From positions 4,092,001 to 4,156,000 of the forward strand of contig NW_025764892.1 of NCBI RefSeq assembly GCF_003918875.1: DNA of 64,000 bases. Direction: 5' to 3'. The DNA is from Haliotis rubra (taxonomy: Eukaryota). Within the stretch, counting starts at the first letter, position 1. Each line of letters starts with the position of its first letter. The notes beneath the pieces were generated by a model. It was not told the origin of the DNA. It worked only from the letters and a program-made list of their open reading frames with translations, and searched no databases. Below are positions 25,267 to 37,800 of the stretch, in pieces. The position numbers and the translations under genes were made by a program.

Positions 25267-28200
25267 ATGGGGAACATGATGTATGCATATGTTTCGCACC
25301 CAGACACGGCTCCTAACATCAACAAACCTCCATCATTTGATCCCCTTTTGGGCTTTGAAAACGGACGGAAAGAAAGAAGTGAGTGTTTGTTCATTGCATC
25401 TAATAACTTAGTGATAATGTTTATTGGAGTTATCGGGTGGCAAATAACCCTGGTTAGATTTGCTCTTCATCAATCCATACTTGTCGTAAGAGTCGGGGAT
25501 CTGGTGCCCCCCAGTCAGACTTTGCTAATGCATGTCATCGTATAATGCAAACGTGCAACACCTTGATTATTGTAACTTTGACATATGATCATGATGATAT
25601 ATGGCTGACCATATGTCTTATGTGACAAGCATGATATGGATAGATGAAAACAAGTCACATGAAACAGTATCTTATGCAGAATTATTTTTGAAAATTATGA
25701 ACTTATTGTTTTAAAAAATGTCCGATGGACTAGACCAATGCAGTACAAATGTACTGAATACAAAGATCAACACTCAGTACTCATACTGAATGATGATATG
25801 AATGTACGCAATAGTTCTCACACAATCATCTTTAGCGCTGAAGGCATTAACTGTCCGATAACCATAGTTTATTAATAAATTTGAAAAATGTCATTCACAT
25901 CCTGCTAGAATTCACTGTTTATAGATTCTGATACTATTATATGTTCCTTTTCCCAGTTAATCAGTTGTTATTAAGTAAATATGGCTTTAGCCAGAAGTCC
26001 AAATCCTGCCTCTACTATAATTCAGTTAAATTTTGACCAGTAGTAAACTCAATACTAAAGAAAGAAAAAACCCATCAAAATCAACACCAAATTGCTGTCA
26101 AGGTTTTGACAAGTAGAACCAAAAGGTTTTGGGCACAGACTGCTGACATTTAGGTGATTCTGTGCCCCCAAACAATCATGATGACTGTAAGAGTTTGGTC
26201 AATATTACTACATAGCTGTTAATACATCACATACTTTGAGCGATTTATTGCTATTGTTGGTGGAAATATCTCATCACGCTCTTACACAAACAGTTGTTTT
26301 GTACAATCCTATCTTATTTTATCTTACTTATTGATAAGTTTGAATATTTACATGAAAATAATATTTTTTTCAGCTGTCAAGGCAACAAGGGAGGAGTTAG
26401 ATCAGGCCAGGATACCCCTAGAAAAACGGGATTACTGTGTAGACGACTTCATGGCATTTATGAAATGCAGAGACAGCAACTTCCCATTTGTTCTATCAAA
26501 GTGTTCCCATGAGAGGCATGTGTATGAGGAGTGTGAATACCAGGAGTAAGTATCCCACATAAGTGTAACTCCTTTGATTAGATGAGATGTAAAGAAGAGA
26601 TGGTAGTGTTTGCAATTAACCATGCAAATAAGTATGTTGACATATGTAACCTTGTGAATACACAATGCCATTTAGAAAGTGGTCAAACGTAGCATATGTT
26701 TTATTTGAGATTACACTTTCTTAGTGTAAAAGTACTTGAATCTGTACTTTACTAAGAAAGAGTTATCCCAAATATAACATATTTTACATATGTAAACTTC
26801 ATGATCTTGGCAAAATGTATCACAGTGTATAATAATATTTATTGTTATGCATCAGTTTGCAACTTAAGCCACCAATCCAAACCCAGAATCTAGTAAATCC
26901 TGTTGTCTAGTAAGCTCAGCTAATATTAGTTCATGTAATATCACTAAATTCTACTGAAATTGTGTTCAAGAACCATGTTTGGCATTTGTAGAGATGAGTA
27001 TGGGCAGATAACCTTGGAATGGGCCGCCAGTACCGAAATCAGAAAGATTTAAGTGGTTCCACATATCAAGACTGGTTACATGCAATACTGCCCAGTAGTG
27101 TAGATATTTGCTCATGCTGTCAACTTGGAATATTACACAATGTAAAACAAGAGTCATCACAAGATGACATATCCCCCCGGCCCCCACATCTTTGAAAGAA
27201 CAAATCATCTCACAGTAACTTAAAGTCCAGCTTGAGTTTACACTAAGTGCAAATCGTTTCCATGGAAATGATGAAAAACATAAATGACAAAAATCTGCAA
27301 ATAGCAAAAGGCACCACTTCAAGATCTGCCTCGCATAGCTGCCAAGTTTTACTGAAAGATATTAAGAAGTTTTTGAAACGAAACCCACCCCTCCCTTTTG
27401 AGACTAAGTCTAAATCGTTTCCATGTAAACCTAGAAAAAACAAAAAGACAAAAATCTGTAAATAGCAAAAGGCACCACTTTGGGATCTGCCTCACATATC
27501 TGCCAAGTTTTGCTGAAAGATATTAAGAAGTTTTCGAGTTGTGCTCCGGAAACGAAGCCCACCCCTCCCTTTTGGGATTAAGTTCGATTTGTTTCCAGGA
27601 AACTAGGGAAAATAAAAATGCCAAAAATCTGGAAATAGCAAAAGGCACCATTTAAGGTTCTGGTTGATATATCTACCAAGTTTTGTTGAAAAATATTTAA
27701 CGGTTCTTGAGTTGTGCTCCGGAAACAAAGCCCACCCCTCCCTTTTGAGACTAATTCCGAATCGTTTCCATGGAAACCAGGAAAAATAAAAATGCCAAAA
27801 ATCTGCAAATAGCAAAAGGCACCACTTAAGGCTCTGTTTGATATATCTACCAAGTCTTGTTGAAAAATATTTGAACGGTTTTTTGAGTTATGCTCCGGAA
27901 ACGAAGCCCACCCCTCTTTAAGACTAAGTCCAAAACGTTTCCATGGAAACCGACAAAAATATAGATGACCATAATCTGTAAATAGCAAAAGGCACCACCT
28001 TAGGTTATGTTTGACATATCTACCAATTTTTGTTGAAAAATATCTAATGGTCTTTGAGTTGTGCTCCGGAAACAAAATGATTACAGACGGACGGACAGAC
28101 GGACGAGGCAATGACTATATCCCCCCGCATTACATGCCGTGGGGATAACAAGATTCACTCACATTGCCTGTTTCATAGAAACAAGTTGAGTTGAAAAACA

Positions 28201-28454
28201 AATCTGAATCTAAAACGTATCTTGGACATGGTTCTGAATTCTACATGAAACTTTCATTTGTACTTAGGGTTTGTGATGACAAAATGCCTCAAGGGATTTG
28301 GATATCTGATTTGGTATTTTATGATTGATAATGATTGATAAATTGTTTTTTCAGTTTTGTCTTGAGGATGAAGGAATACGAGAGAGAAAAGCGATTGTTG
28401 GAAAGACAGAAGAGGATACAACAGAAAGATGCAGCAGAGGAACTAGGAGATTGA
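25267..28454 (+). CDS. NDUFB7: NADH:ubiquinone oxidoreductase subunit B7 (127 aa, 3 exons)
   Basis: Exons 25267-25378, 26374-26545 and 28355-28454. N-terminal MG, PSFDPLLGF..GRKER, RDYC, two Cys pairs (CX9C and CX9C), and RMKEYEREKRLL. Confidence 0.96.
27146..28149 (+). mobile_element. Helentron-associated (HINE/DINE-like) element carrying ~5 tandem ~175-bp repeats, in NDUFB7 intron 2
   Basis: AACAAG start, core repeats (AAATAGCAAAAGGCACCAC.../GTGCTCCGGAAAC), (GACG/GGAC)n microsatellite, and terminal hairpin CCCCCCGC...GTGGGGATAA. Confidence 0.75.
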
Positions 28455-30095
28455 TGCTTGGAGGGGGCACCTGTTTTATAATCTGTACATACAGGATATA
28501 TCCAAGTGTATACATGAGGCTGTGTGTAGATTGTCAGATCCAGGCACTCGGTGTTGTTATATGTGGACATGACACAGAGAAACTGGGTAGTTTTTGGATT
28601 TCATTCAGTGCTGTTAAATATATTATTTTGAACTTATGACTGCATTTGTGATGATTTTAGTGTCATGTTCATCATGAGGTCTCTTCATTGTTAGATAAAT
28701 GGGAAAACAATGAAAAAGTGTCCATTAAGCATGTTAAATGTCTGTAAGAGTACAAACATCATCCTTAGAATTGTTTGCCTCGACAATAACATGAGTGCAT
28801 GCTTGTCCGTTACCAACAGTAAATATTCCCAGCTTATTTGACATCTGTTTTGTCTGCGAAGTCTGACTGAGTCATTTGCATGTGATTAAAGGACTAAATG
28901 TGATTTTCCTTTTCCTACTGTGGATGTGCAACTTATCCCTCACTCTTTTGGAGTTCTAGGGCAGAATAGGCAATCACAGTGGTGATTGAATGATCAGTAT
29001 TGTGTGGAGTATGAGTACCATTCAACTTGAAAACCTGTTTACCTGGAGTGAGTGAGTGAGTATGGTTTTACGCTGCTTTCAGCAATATTCCAGTACTATC
29101 ACAGCAGGGGACACCAGAAACAGGCTTCTTACGTTGTAGCAATGTGGGGAATCGAACCAGGGTCTTCGGGGGGATGAGTGGATGCTTCAACCACTCAGCT
29201 ACCCCACCGCCACTGCTTACCTGGAGATTACTGTGACCAGGTTTTAAAACACTAATAACCTGGATCACTGGCTGGTGTTGTTCCAACTACATCATTTTCT
29301 TGTTCTTTGGTCTACTTTTTTCTACAGGGTGTTATCAAAAGGTTGAGATGATAACAATGATAAGGAGGAATTATGTAGTGCTGGTATCCATCTACAAGCA
29401 TGGGTTACTGAAGATCAATTCAGACCCGATCCTCACCGGTATATTAAAGTTCAAAGTTACAAACTCACCACTTATGTTATATGCTAATAACTTTCAGTTT
29501 TACAATTCCACAGCTATGGAACACTTGGGAGTAACTGCAGTGCCGTAAGAACTGGTGTTATATGCAACATCTTGTACTATTCTGGTAGCAGTGTTCTGGA
29601 TCTTCTGAAGTTTGTAAAGATGACCCCTATCAACAGGCTGTTGCTATAATCTAGGCGATCTTCACGGGCGAGAACAACACTGATTTGGATGTCCAAACTA
29701 TATACACGATATATCCAGGAACCATAAGGAAAGAAAGCATAGCAAGATGGTTTCAGTCAGAAGAATACGAGTAGTTGGCGATTATGACTGATTGTAATGC
29801 CTGCTATTCTGACCTTGGATTCAAACCCAAAATCACTCGATCCTGGTACTCAACTGCATCAGCAAACTGCTGCGTCATTAACCCTTTTAGAACCTTAGCA
29901 CCAGACCATATAAGGAAACATGTCTAAAGTATAGATAACAGACAAAACACCGATCCAGTTCAGTAGAAAAATAAGTTTAATTACAATCGCCATTAACAGT
30001 AATTCAAGGCAAAGATCTACAAATTAACAAAATCAATATATGAGCGAAGTAAAAAAGAAGTACACAAGACTCATAACAAGTGGTTCCAGCCATAA

Positions 30096-30425
30096 GGCCA
30101 GACCAATTTTATTTCTTGTTTTACGGATTTTGGTCCCCAAAAAACCTAAAGGCAGGAGGAAAATAAAACAAAAATAAAATCACCAAAGTATATTCCTTCT
30201 AAATACTCAAAGTATTTTACTTTTGGTAATTTATGAATCATATATGGGGCAAAAAACAAACAATCTAAAAAACTCTTCTTTTTTTCTGCAAGTTTACATT
30301 TTTGGCCAATAAAAACATTAGGATTTTATTTTTTGAGCGGGTAAAATTAATTTTTATTTTTTTTCTTATTCTTGAAAAAATATGACAGGCGGATCCGTAA
30401 AACAAGAAATAAAATTGGTCTGGCC
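30096..30425. mobile_element. PIF/Harbinger-type MITE (copy of 12338-12659)
   Basis: Same TIRs and TAA TSD. Confidence 0.85.
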
Positions 30426-33400
30426 TAAACATCTTTCAACATTTGGCTCAAGCACACACTGAAAGTAAAGGAAGTCATCATAATCAAGGGAAATAATAAA
30501 TACTGGATACAGTTGGTGATGCAATGATATAATGAACATACTCGTATCTAAGCTGTATATCCAAGTGTTGCATTTGCACAAGAACTCCTTTCATGGTAGG
30601 GATAGTAATGAAAAAGGTTTTTATGCAATATTCTGTTCACTTGAATATGTTGAGGTAAGGTTTATAAATAATTTCTTGTTTTCCCTTGTTTACTGTTACA
30701 AATTGCAAGTCTCTGATATTGATATTGAAGTGTGATTAACCTCTCAACAGAAGTTGAGTAACAGTGAATGCCCCTGTGAATTTACCTGCCAAATGTCATG
30801 GGCAGCTCGACTACAGCAAAACTCAGAATATACATCTTTCCTTAATGCTTTATGGTAGTTTGCACCATTACCAAAAACATTCTTTTGGCTAACCCTGTTT
30901 TTCTGGTCCTAATGCAACTTGTTTGGATAACCTCAGGACATTGTTTCGAGCAAAATACGTTAACCATTGTCTTAGAAGATGGTTAATGCGGTATAAGAGC
31001 CAAGAATGCTAAATTTCAATGGAGACCTATGTTTTAATCAAATTCAGTAAATAAGATACATACTTTGAATAAACTTAGGTTTATCTTGTTTGTTGTTTAA
31101 CAATATTCCTGTCATAAATATTCAAGTCTGGAGCAGACAATCCAGTGATCAAGGGCATGAACATCGATCTACACAGTCGGGATATGATGACATGCATCAA
31201 CCAAGACAGCAACCTGACAACCCGATCCCGTTAGTCACCTCTTAGTAAGCTCGTATGTGAGTTAAAGACCCTGAACGTAATTACTTGTACCAATTTGTAG
31301 AAGTAACTTTGTGTTTATTTCCCTTCATAGCTGGAGAACTAGCAATATTTGAACACAATATCATATATCATAAGGGAGTGCACACACAATAACTTGATAA
31401 CATGTCAGTGTTGTACTGACATATGGTAGTGTATAATATATGAAGAGGTCAATAATTACAGAATATGGTAAAACTGAGAAAGACTGCACCTAAAACTAAG
31501 GCCCATTAAACACTGGGTGAGCAGAAGGGAACAAAAACTATTTCAAGCTATTTTCTCTTTAAACTATCTTCCAAAAATGTTTTCTATTTCGTACTAGGGC
31601 TTACATATTGTCAGTTTTAGTGGCAACAGATGTTTAAAAAAAAAGAACATGCCTCCAAAATCCATTTATATCCATAGAATAAATTTAATATTTGATCATA
31701 TTAACTGACGACCAATTTTTTATTTTCAGATTATTCAATTTATAGGAGTTCAATTCAATTGGTGTAAATATGTATTGCAATCATACTATGTACCACAACA
31801 TTAATTCTACGAGTTATGATATGATCGATATAGTGCCAAACTAACTCTAAACAATACCTTTTGATTAACATTGCATATCCTCAATCTAATGCCCTTACAT
31901 CAGATGACAAACCATAGACATGTCATCCAGGCCCTTAAAGGTAGATTTGTTTGTTGTTTAACGCCACACTCAGTAACATTCCAGCTGTATGGTGGCAGTC
32001 TCTGACTTAACCAAGTCTGGACCAGACAATCCAGTGATTAACATCATGAGCATTGATCTATGCTGTTGGTTTGTTTCTTGTTTAATGTGATATATGCTAT
32101 TGGAATTCGATGACAGACAATCCAGTGATCGACAGCACAAGCATGTCATCTACGCAATTGGGATACAATGACATCTGTCAACCAAGTCAGCGAGCCTGAT
32201 CACCTTATCCCGTTAGTCGCCTCTTGCGACAAGCATCGGTTGCTGAAAATCAATTCTAAACCGGATGTTAAAGGTAGATGGACACTAAGGTAGATTTAAC
32301 ACTGCATCCAGCAGTATTCAAGCTGACAAGCTCTGTAGGTAAGTCCAGACAAACAAATGTATGTTGTTTATGATCAATTATGTTAAGCTTAAAGTACTGT
32401 TAATGTGTTGGGTGTAATGTCTGTTTGGACAGTATTCCAGTTCTGTGGCATGTCAGCTTCATGTGAGGGAAGCCACAAGTGATGCAGATATTAGACATGT
32501 AACACTTTCATGAATCCCTTGAGCTTGATTAGGATGCTGACAAGCCTTCCTACAATCAGGCTGAACAGGGATTCAAACCCACAATCAACGTCTCTGCCCA
32601 AGGGGTGCAACACTGTTCAGTGTATTGCAGTACCTGGGAATCCATGTCCTTACAGTATTCGTAGTGAGTGAGTTTGGTTTTCTGCTGCTTTTAGCAATAT
32701 TCCAGCAATATCACGGCGGGAGAACACCAGAAATGGGCTTCACACAATGTACCCATGTGGGGAATCGAACCCGGGCCTTCAGCGTGACGGGCGAACGCTT
32801 TAACCACTAGGCTACACCACCGCCCCTCACAGTATTTTGAGTGAGTTGAGGTTTGAACAGTTTTTGACCTGAAGAGGTGCTGACTTTTGCTGTTTACAAC
32901 TTTGGTTATACCCACAATCAAACATGTGTCATTGACTTTGCAATATTCAAGCACCAGGAATGTGCTTTACACATTGTGCCCATGTTGGAAATCAAACCTG
33001 GGTCTTTGGCGTGATGAGTGAACACTTTAGCCACCAGGCTACCCTACCACCCTTCTAAGGCTGAACTGTCAGTACCCAATGTGACAAATCAACACAGCTT
33101 TAATCAGGTGACAAAAGGTAATTGTTCAAATGTAAATATCATCAGACACAGAATAATGGCAAATGACTCGACACTGATGACAATATAACAATAAACATTT
33201 CATGATGTATAAATAAATATATCAAGCATGTTCACCGGTATAACGGAAAGAAATACAAAATACCACACACAATATTCACAATGTTTGGTGTCTATATCAG
33301 CTGTATATGCTTCATACTGTAAGATTATGTCAAACCTGTAGCCACCATTCTGGGCTTTGGGTACATTTGAGATATAAAGATAATTCAAAATATTCATTAT

Positions 33401-33663
33401 GAAGAGGCCCAAACAGGTACTTATTGCATTAGTATTAATTTCTACAAGAGGCTAAAACATGTACAAACCATTTTACAAAGGTCAATTGTATGAAGTGAAA
33501 AGATCTCAGCAAGACTCTGAAGGTATACCATTCATGTAAACGGATCTCTAAATTAGTGAAAAACACATGGACAAAACATAATTGAAATCACCATGTTTTA
33601 TGTTCATATTAAAATATCAGCTGTCAACTGTACCTGTCTTCTAATAAGATTCTGTGGAGTTTG

Positions 33664-33767
33664 AGTAGGATACACAATGGTGGTACGGGACCAGGTCCCC
33701 CCAAGGGCTCAATTTTTAAATTGAGTCCTTGGGGACCTGGTCCCATAGCACCATTGTGTATACTACT
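33664..33767. repeat. Foldback palindrome of ~100 bp
   Basis: TACACAATGGTG.TA.GGGACCAGGTCCCC..AAGG.CTCAATTT / AAATTGAG.CCTT.GGGGACCTGGTCCC.TA.CACCATTGTGTA with almost no spacer. Confidence 0.8.
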
Positions 33768-33865
33768 GTTTGAATTAATTTTTATCAATGATTTGTACTA
33801 ATTAGCATGAAAAGACAGGTTTAAACCTGCATACGTTGTACACCAAGAGAGTATATACTAGTATA

Positions 33866-34180
33866 GTAAGGAACAGGGCCTTGTAATGAAGTAACTTGGC
33901 ATCAAGGTATGTATTGTCACTGACAGGGTCTTAGCGCGCTATATTAAAGGATGTTTGTTTTTAATTTTAAGACCTGTCAGTGGCAATATATACCTTGATG
34001 CCAGCATCTTAGCGCTTATTAAAGGACTATATTCATAATTCTAAGACCTGTCAGTGGCAATACATACCTTGATGACAGCATCTTAGCGCTTATTAAAGGA
34101 CTTTATTCATAATTCTAAGACCTGTCAGTGGCAATATATATCTTGATGCCATTTACCCCGTTACAAACCCCTGTTTACTC
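33866..34180. mobile_element. MITE with inverted ends and an internal 74-bp tandem repeat (x3)
   Basis: GGCATCAAGGTAT..ATTG.CACTGACAGG is inverted relative to TAAGACCTGTCAGTGGCAAT, which repeats at ~33968, 34042 and 34116. Confidence 0.65.
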
Positions 34181-34858
34181 AGGTATGTAGAATACAGGCA
34201 GAGATGCCAACCCTGAATCTCAGGAAAAAGGAGTCATGACTGGCTGAAAGCCAGGCCTGAGCACCAAAGGTGCGAGTTGGGGGTGTGAGCGCGTGGTCGG
34301 CTCTGCCATTTTGTTTCACTTTCATATGGACTATGACATGCACTGGGAAAAACTGTGTGAAACTTCATCGTCAATAACATGCAAATAAATGCAAACATCA
34401 TACCATGCCCAAGCTGACAATTTCAGGTGATAAGTAACATTTTGGCATGATGGTGAATCTAGACTTTACTCATGAACTGTTGGCATTTGAGAAGGTTGGT
34501 CAACACTGAGTAATTAGCCCTTGAACTGAAACTGAGTAACGGTTTCGTGTAATCTAAGCACTCAGCAACAGCCCTGTGGAACTGATTTACTACAACCGAT
34601 CTACGGAGTGCTGTACCAACTATAAACACTTTTGTAGTCCCTGCACTTTCTGTGTCAATGAGCCCATCTATAAATTAACGAAAGATACCATATTATAAGG
34701 TAATGACACAAATTCAGATTTGATCTATACTCACACCAGTGGAGAAATACAATAACAAATGTACCGGTAAACACATGACAGACATGATGAAACAGACATA
34801 ACTGGATGGCGCATCTTGACTTAACATCTTTAGACTATTCGTTGTAAATGTGCCTTGA

Positions 34859-37800
34859 TCATCTTTCTTTCTTCAGTCCATTTCTCACAGCGGAGCCATT
34901 TTCCACCTTTTCTGATTTAGGCTTGGGTTTAATGTAAGCCTTCCTGTAGAAATCAGCGAAGAGGATGAAGAAGATGACAGCGTAAGCTCCGATCCAGTAT
35001 ATAAATAGGATGGGGTAGTCACATTCTCTGAATAACAGCTGGGTTGAGTGGATGGTGACGGCGAAAAACTGTGTCTGAAAGAATTGTCATCAAAATAAGT
35101 TAATTATGACACAGAAACACCTAGTAGCTTGTCTCATTTAATAATACACTCAAAACAAGTTAGGGATGATGTCATGGCAGATTAAAGATAGTAATATGAA
35201 AGAAAATACAATAATAAGAAAGCATTGAGAGGTTGAGAACCGGTAGTATATCGACAGACTATTTCCCTTTCATTTTCAATTAACATCCTAATCAACAGTT
35301 CCTGAATTAATAAACAAAACATTCCCTGATTGGAGCTTTTTTAGTTTACTTATCAAGTTTAACAGATAAATGAAAGTGGTCAATTAGAGCAATATAACAT
35401 TGGGACAGTTTTAAATACAAACATGACCAGTCAACCTCTCTTGATATCTTGCTCTTTAGTTGTTCAAACACACAAATATTTTAAAGACTGACTTTGACCT
35501 TGACATGAATGTCATAGTGTATAAAATATGCAAAAGTGGTACTACAGAAATTGCTTATTGCAAAACATTCAAGGGAAGTCTTGAAAATCTATGAAGAAAA
35601 TCCAGTGAATTCAGGTTAACATGCTGAAATCTTCAAAGTGTCGCAGTGACCTTGAAAATTATGTAAAGATCACCAAAATTGACTGGGCCTTCATTCGATG
35701 AAGCTTGGTGTTTCTAAATGCAGAGGGGAGAGAAGCATGGTTTCAAGAGAACCAACTCTTGCAAGGACCTTCACTAGGGGAGATAGTCTGTCTCACAGTC
35801 CCTGAACCACAATATTTCCCCTACTGCCAAGCCCTCTCTACAGAGCTAAAGCCCTAAATAAAGCAAGTCTAGATTTCCTCAGGTTCAGGTTCTGAATCTC
35901 TGGTCTCCCTGGGGCTCCTTTTCAATTTAATGGGCTTGTTTGTTACTATCAAAATTATATATATTCAGAGTCTAAGCCTTAGTCTATCGGGGAGACAAAC
36001 ATGCTGGTGAGGACCACTTCTAGCCCTGATCTTCACTGCAGGGTTGACTTACTAGTTGCATGGTAGTCATATACTTCTTCCACCACAGGTACTTCTGGAA
36101 TGCAGGCCCTAGGGCCGCCAGGAAGTAGTATGTGTACATCATAAAATGAATGAAGGAATTCAGTAGTGAGTGGAACGTCCCAAATCCTCCTGTAATATAA
36201 GAAAAACATCCATGGATTATTTAAACTGCAGGTTTTGTTAGAATGAGAACATGTTAATTATCATGTCTTATTCACTATCAGATATAGAGCTTGACACTAG
36301 TGTGTTGACCTTCGGTATCAAGTTCTGTTCCCTTCCCGTTTTCACATGAGTGACTGAGTTTAGTTTTACGCCTCTTTTAGCAATATCAGAGCAGGAGACA
36401 CCAGAAAGGCGCTTCACACATTGGAACCCGGGCTACCCAACCATCCCATTTCACATGATGAATATATACTGCATATATAGCTCAAACATTCATCACATCT
36501 GTCTTTGCCCAGCTGAACCTCAGTAATGCAAGTTGTCAAAACCAAATTTTAAATAGTTTGCACATAACCAAACAAGTTTTGATCATTCCTCAAGCCACCA
36601 ATCATTGATGGCGAGTACATACCAACTTCAGCATTTTGCAAAATCACTTGTCCCCCAATAACTAACTAAACCTTCAGTTTCACTGCCCAGAGAAAAACAC
36701 CTCATCTTCAGAGCTGTCATCAAGCTGAACGATTTACACCAAATGTTGACTGTATCTGAAGTCCATTCTATCAAAAAATTGAGTCGCAGCTTTGAATCCA
36801 TTTCATTTAGAAATACCCAAGAACACTGCTACAAAAGGACAATGATGGCTTTTATACAAAGTGACACTGACCTGGTACAAACTTGACTCCCGAACCACCA
36901 CGAGATTGGCATGATGCCATGATGGAACACATGGAGGAAGGATGCCTGCTTGTACTTCTTCCTCAGGATGAAGAATATCTAGGAAATACAGAAATAACTT
37001 GAAAAAATATTATCTTAGCCATGGAGCTACAGAATAATACATCCTCATATTATCAAGGAAACTTTCTGATAACCCTGAAGATAGATCGTGCCTACATAAA
37101 ATATGACACCAGGAAATCTTAAGACACACTATTTTGAATACAGAAAATACAATTAGGAGTTTATGATGTGTTTTTATATCACAGGTGGTTTTATTATTTA
37201 AAAGGAAACACCATTATCTATTGGCATTGATTGTGCAAGAATTGCAGAGCTCCTGTACCGGACTTGTTTCCCTATCGGAAATACCAAACAACCTAAAGTT
37301 TCATATTGACGAAGCTCTTCTTGGTGGCTGTACAACTCAGATATAGGCTTGAATCTGACTTTGCATATACAGTCAAATCCCGATAAGTCGAATCGCTGGG
37401 GACCAAATAATAAATTCGACTTATCGATGTATTCGAGACAAAGGTATGTCTATGAGGGTAGAAAAAAGATGATCCAGTTCTAATTCCTCCGCCTAAGCAT
37501 TTGTTTATCTAATGATTTCCATATCACCAATAGGGGCACCTTATCAGTTCCATTCTGATTAGCACAGACAGTGATTTCCGTAAAATCACACATCTGCCTT
37601 TTGAACTCACCTGTCAATTGCGGAAAGGTGTGAGCTGCGCTGGTTTGTTAATTGGATCAGTTTGCTACACCAATCAACTTCTCATTGACTGACTTCGGCT
37701 TATGTATACAAGATTGCTGTTGTTTGAATCTCATGGGACCAAATTTCCTTCTCGAGTCATCGTGTGTATTTATGAGACGAATTCGTGTAACCGGAAATCA

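Noticed and set aside
27243-28111. ORFs of 66-177 aa in NDUFB7 intron 2
   Set aside because: Translations of the Helentron-like tandem repeat.
4237-36891. Programmed +1 frameshifting in FAM183A and ELOVL
   Set aside because: No shift-prone stop or known recoding motif. Recurrent extra bases in short runs are better explained by consensus error.
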